This document shows, in pieces, positions 29,245-32,000 of a stretch of DNA of 32,000 nucleotides; positions within the stretch are counted from its first letter, which is position 1; every line of letters starts with the position of its first letter. The stretch comes from Aciduliprofundum boonei T469 (GTDB taxonomy: Archaea; Thermoplasmatota; Thermoplasmata; Thermoplasmatales; Aciduliprofundaceae). Under the pieces are notes generated by a model. That model saw only the letters and a program-made list of their open reading frames with translations. It was not told where the DNA came from and made no database searches. The stretch covers positions 690,001 to 722,000 of the forward strand of contig NC_013926.1 in NCBI RefSeq assembly GCF_000025665.1. The letters are read 5' to 3'. Both the position numbers and the translations under genes were made by a program.

Positions 29245-30459
29245 GTGAAGGTCTATCTTGAAGCCTACGGCTGCTCTCAGAATATTGCAGAGACGAATAT
29301 GCTAGGCCAGGCGATGGGAGAAATTGTGAGCAGGCCTGAAGAAGCAGATGTGATTCTCATAGGCACCTGCGTGGTCATAGAGCACACTGAGAACAGAATG
29401 CTCAGAAGAATAGAAGAATTGAAACGATATGGAAAAAAGATTGTAGTTTACGGGTGCTTGCCCTCGGCTCGCAAAGAATTATTGGATATAGATGTTGTGC
29501 CCATTGCAACATGGGAATTTGAGATGGCTGGAGAGATTCTAAATTTGGATAGGTCTCCTATGGATGAGGTTTTTATATGGGATGCGGTAGCAACAATACC
29601 CATAGCAAATGGATGCCTAGGACAGTGCACATATTGCATTACACGCCTTGCAAGAGGAAGAGTAAAGAGCAGGAGCAAAGAGTGGATTTTAAGATTGGTT
29701 AAGAAGGCATTGGAGCAAAGAGCTGTAGAAATTCGCATAAGCGCTCAAGACACAGCTGCCTATGGGAGAGATATTGGCACCGAGCTTGCAGAGCTGATTA
29801 ATTCCATTACCGCTATCCCTGGTAAATTTTACCTCCGTGTGGGGATGATGGAGCCAAGAGAGACATTGCGCATTCTCCCAGAGCTTATTGATGCTTATTC
29901 AAATCCTAAAGTTTACAAATTCCTTCATTTGCCTGTGCAGAGTGGAGATAATGAAATTTTGCATAGGATGAATCGCGGATATAAGGTGGAAGATTTTATT
30001 AAAATTGTTAGGAATTTCCGTCAAAGATTTCCCGAGATGACTCTGTCCACTGATATAATTGTTGGATTTCCTGGAGAGAATGATGAGAGCTTTGAAAATA
30101 CGATGAAATTGATAAAAGAAATTAAACCTGAGATTCTCAATATAACCAGATTCTCCCCAAGGCCCAAAACTCCTGCTTATAAATGGAAAAGGCCAAGCAC
30201 GAATAAAGTTAAAGAATGGTCTCAGAAATTAGCTGCACTGCATATGGAAAATATGCATAAAAGGTTTGAGAGTATGCTTGGAAAGGAATTTAAGGTTATA
30301 GTTCCATCTAGGGGAAAGAGGGGCAAATACCTTGCAAGAAGCCAAAATTATGAACCTGTGGTGCTGGATAATGCGGTGATTGGCAGAGAGTATATAATTC
30401 GGATAACTCACTACGAGAAAAGCCATCTGGTGGGAAAAATATTGGAAAATGAAGCATAA
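29245..30459 (+). CDS. Radical SAM methylthiotransferase, archaeal MiaB/MtaB (CDKAL1-like) type
   Basis: 404 aa with a GTG start. It has an N-terminal UPF0004 domain with Cys residues (YGCSQN, GTCVV, YGCL), a radical SAM CLGQCTYC cluster and a C-terminal TRAM-like segment. Confidence 0.85.
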   Translation: MKVYLEAYGCSQNIAETNMLGQAMGEIVSRPEEADVILIGTCVVIEHTENRMLRRIEELKRYGKKIVVYGCLPSARKELLDIDVVPIATWEFEMAGEILNLDRSPMDEVFIWDAVATIPIANGCLGQCTYCITRLARGRVKSRSKEWILRLVKKALEQRAVEIRISAQDTAAYGRDIGTELAELINSITAIPGKFYLRVGMMEPRETLRILPELIDAYSNPKVYKFLHLPVQSGDNEILHRMNRGYKVEDFIKIVRNFRQRFPEMTLSTDIIVGFPGENDESFENTMKLIKEIKPEILNITRFSPRPKTPAYKWKRPSTNKVKEWSQKLAALHMENMHKRFESMLGKEFKVIVPSRGKRGKYLARSQNYEPVVLDNAVIGREYIIRITHYEKSHLVGKILENEA

Positions 30460-30515
30460 TTGAGGAAAAATTTTTATTCATTGAAATTCTTACCCTCTTA
30501 TAGAGGTGGTTTAAA

Positions 30516-30887
30516 ATGCCAAGTTTTCTGAAGAGGAGGTTAAAGCCAGAGGGTTTCGGTACACCGCAGCCAAGGAAGTATATAGATTTGAATGAGTATG
30601 ATACTGGAGTTGATATAACTGCCACTGGCCCAATGGTCAGGGTGGCTGAGATTTACAGATATGAGGATTTGCGACATCTCTCCGATTTTGTGTATAACGG
30701 AGATGTTTTGATATTGGATTACACATCTATAGCAAATGACGATTTGACTTTGAGACGCATAATAAGTGAGCTCAAGAGCATAGCTAAGGATGTTAACGGC
30801 GATGTTGCGGGGATTGGCAAGAATTTCTTGATGGTTACTCCTACGGGAATGAAGATAAGCAGAAAGAAGATAAGGGGTACTGAATAA
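30516..30887 (+). CDS. sepF: Archaeal SepF-like cell-division protein (DUF552)
   Basis: 123 aa. The SepF core reads VRVAEIYRYEDLRHLSDFVYNGDVLILDY...NFLMVTPTG. A GAGGTGG RBS lies 7 nt upstream of the ATG. Confidence 0.8.
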   Translation: MPSFLKRRLKPEGFGTPQPRKYIDLNEYDTGVDITATGPMVRVAEIYRYEDLRHLSDFVYNGDVLILDYTSIANDDLTLRRIISELKSIAKDVNGDVAGIGKNFLMVTPTGMKISRKKIRGTE

Positions 30888-31967
30888 TTACTCTACCCTC
30901 ATCAATTTATATTTTCCATACCCAACTAGTACTTTATAATATCCCCTGAATTTTTGAGCATTTTCTAAATCAATTCTCAATTTTTTCAACTCTCTTACTT
31001 TTCTCGGAGTGGCTACGATTATAATGTTTTCCTTCCCAACCTTCTCTAAAACTCTCTCACTAAATTGCTGGTTACCACGCCCGAAGATAAATCCTTGAGA
31101 ACCAATGGGCGTGATAACTATCTTTACCTTTGGATACTTATCTATCAATTTCAAAATATCATTTTCGCTTAAGTCCCTCGCAATTATTTTCCCGTTGTAG
31201 AGTCCATCCACGCCGAGAAGCGTTTTTTCCACGCCCAAAGCTTCTGCAATTTTATTAACAGTGGTTCCAGCACCTAGGAGATATAATGTGTTTCTATCCA
31301 TATTTTCCACAAAAAACTCAGCGATCCATTTTTTATCTTCCTCCTCTTCCTCATCTACATACTCGCTCTTGCTGCTTTGAATTAAATCTTCTACATAGGG
31401 AGTTTTTGCATAGGCAAATAGTTTTATTCTCAACTTATTTTTTCGGTAAGCATCTTCATCGATGTCCAGCACTTCAGAATCCATCAATTTTGTTTTTCCC
31501 TCTAAAAAATATACCACAACTTCTGCCGCTTTTTGAGGATTAACTGCAAAGATTGAAGAGTACATTTTAACGCCACTTGGCACGCCCAAAATTGGTATTT
31601 TTGAATCGGCAATCTCTACAACATCCCTTGCAGTCCCATCTCCACCTACAAAAACTATGAGCCTTGCATTTTCCTTCACAAACTCCTTTACTGCTCTCTT
31701 TGTATCCTCCGCGCTTGTGTTTTCAGGAGCATTATAAACGAGTTTGTATGGAAACTCAAATTCTTTCAAAATGTTCTCTCCCATTTTTCCAGATGCCGTA
31801 AGAAATTCAATATTCCCCTTCAAATTCTTTAAAAACTCCCTTGCCCTCTTTGCCGCTATGGGCCTTGCTCCCCGCTTTATTGCCTCATCTAAAACTCCAT
31901 CTGTGCCCTTGAGAGCCACAGCTCCACCCATTCCAGCAATTGGATTAATTACGAATCCTATCCGCAT
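30888..31967 (-). CDS. ATP-NAD kinase-like protein (COG3199-type, DAGK/NADK fold)
   Basis: 359 aa. It has IGFVINPIAGMGG and the GGDGT signature (VFVGGDGTARDV). A GAGGTGG RBS lies upstream. It abuts sepF convergently with no spacer. Confidence 0.7.
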   Translation of the reverse strand: MRIGFVINPIAGMGGAVALKGTDGVLDEAIKRGARPIAAKRAREFLKNLKGNIEFLTASGKMGENILKEFEFPYKLVYNAPENTSAEDTKRAVKEFVKENARLIVFVGGDGTARDVVEIADSKIPILGVPSGVKMYSSIFAVNPQKAAEVVVYFLEGKTKLMDSEVLDIDEDAYRKNKLRIKLFAYAKTPYVEDLIQSSKSEYVDEEEEEDKKWIAEFFVENMDRNTLYLLGAGTTVNKIAEALGVEKTLLGVDGLYNGKIIARDLSENDILKLIDKYPKVKIVITPIGSQGFIFGRGNQQFSERVLEKVGKENIIIVATPRKVRELKKLRIDLENAQKFRGYYKVLVGYGKYKLMRVE

Positions 31968-32000
31968 ACTGCACCACCTCGCATATTTCCTCTGGGCTCA

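Overview
This is an archaeal chromosomal window. The evidence is topoisomerase VI A/B, archaeal-type RibC/RibL, SepF, NurA-HerA, an Nre repair protein, TATA-box promoters about 25-30 nt upstream of starts, and GGTG-type ribosome-binding sites inside operons. It is AT-rich, and the proteins are rich in K/E/I, which suggests a thermophile. A Thermoplasmata-like euryarchaeal origin is only a guess. I support about 33 protein-coding genes, 3 tRNAs (Val-CAC, Lys-CUU, Met/Ile2-CAU) and a few regulatory sites. The coding genes are mostly housekeeping: IPP isomerase type 2, ProRS, GlyRS, a kbl-tdh threonine-degradation pair, a ribB-ribL-ribC-ribH flavin operon, amt, top6B/A, nurA-herA, map, tsaC-like, MtaB-like and sepF. 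I found no CRISPR array, transposase, integrase or other clear mobile element, and no convincing novel multi-gene system. The observations most worth a second look are: (1) an Nre-family repair gene interrupted by an in-frame TAG, with conserved sequence continuing past the stop; (2) a sugar-nucleotidyltransferase/cupin gene broken by two compensating 1-nt indels about 220 nt apart, so three ORF-breaking lesions fall within 3 kb; (3) two identical TGAAC-N4-GTTCA palindromes 20 bp apart in the ribB/amt divergent control region; (4) a processive GT2 synthase with an appended C-terminal helical domain that looks ferritin-like; (5) a conserved hairpin-forming 3' trailer shared by two different tRNA genes; (6) an unannotated 56-codon two-TM ORF. 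All coordinates and translations were derived by hand from the sequence, and no database searches were run.
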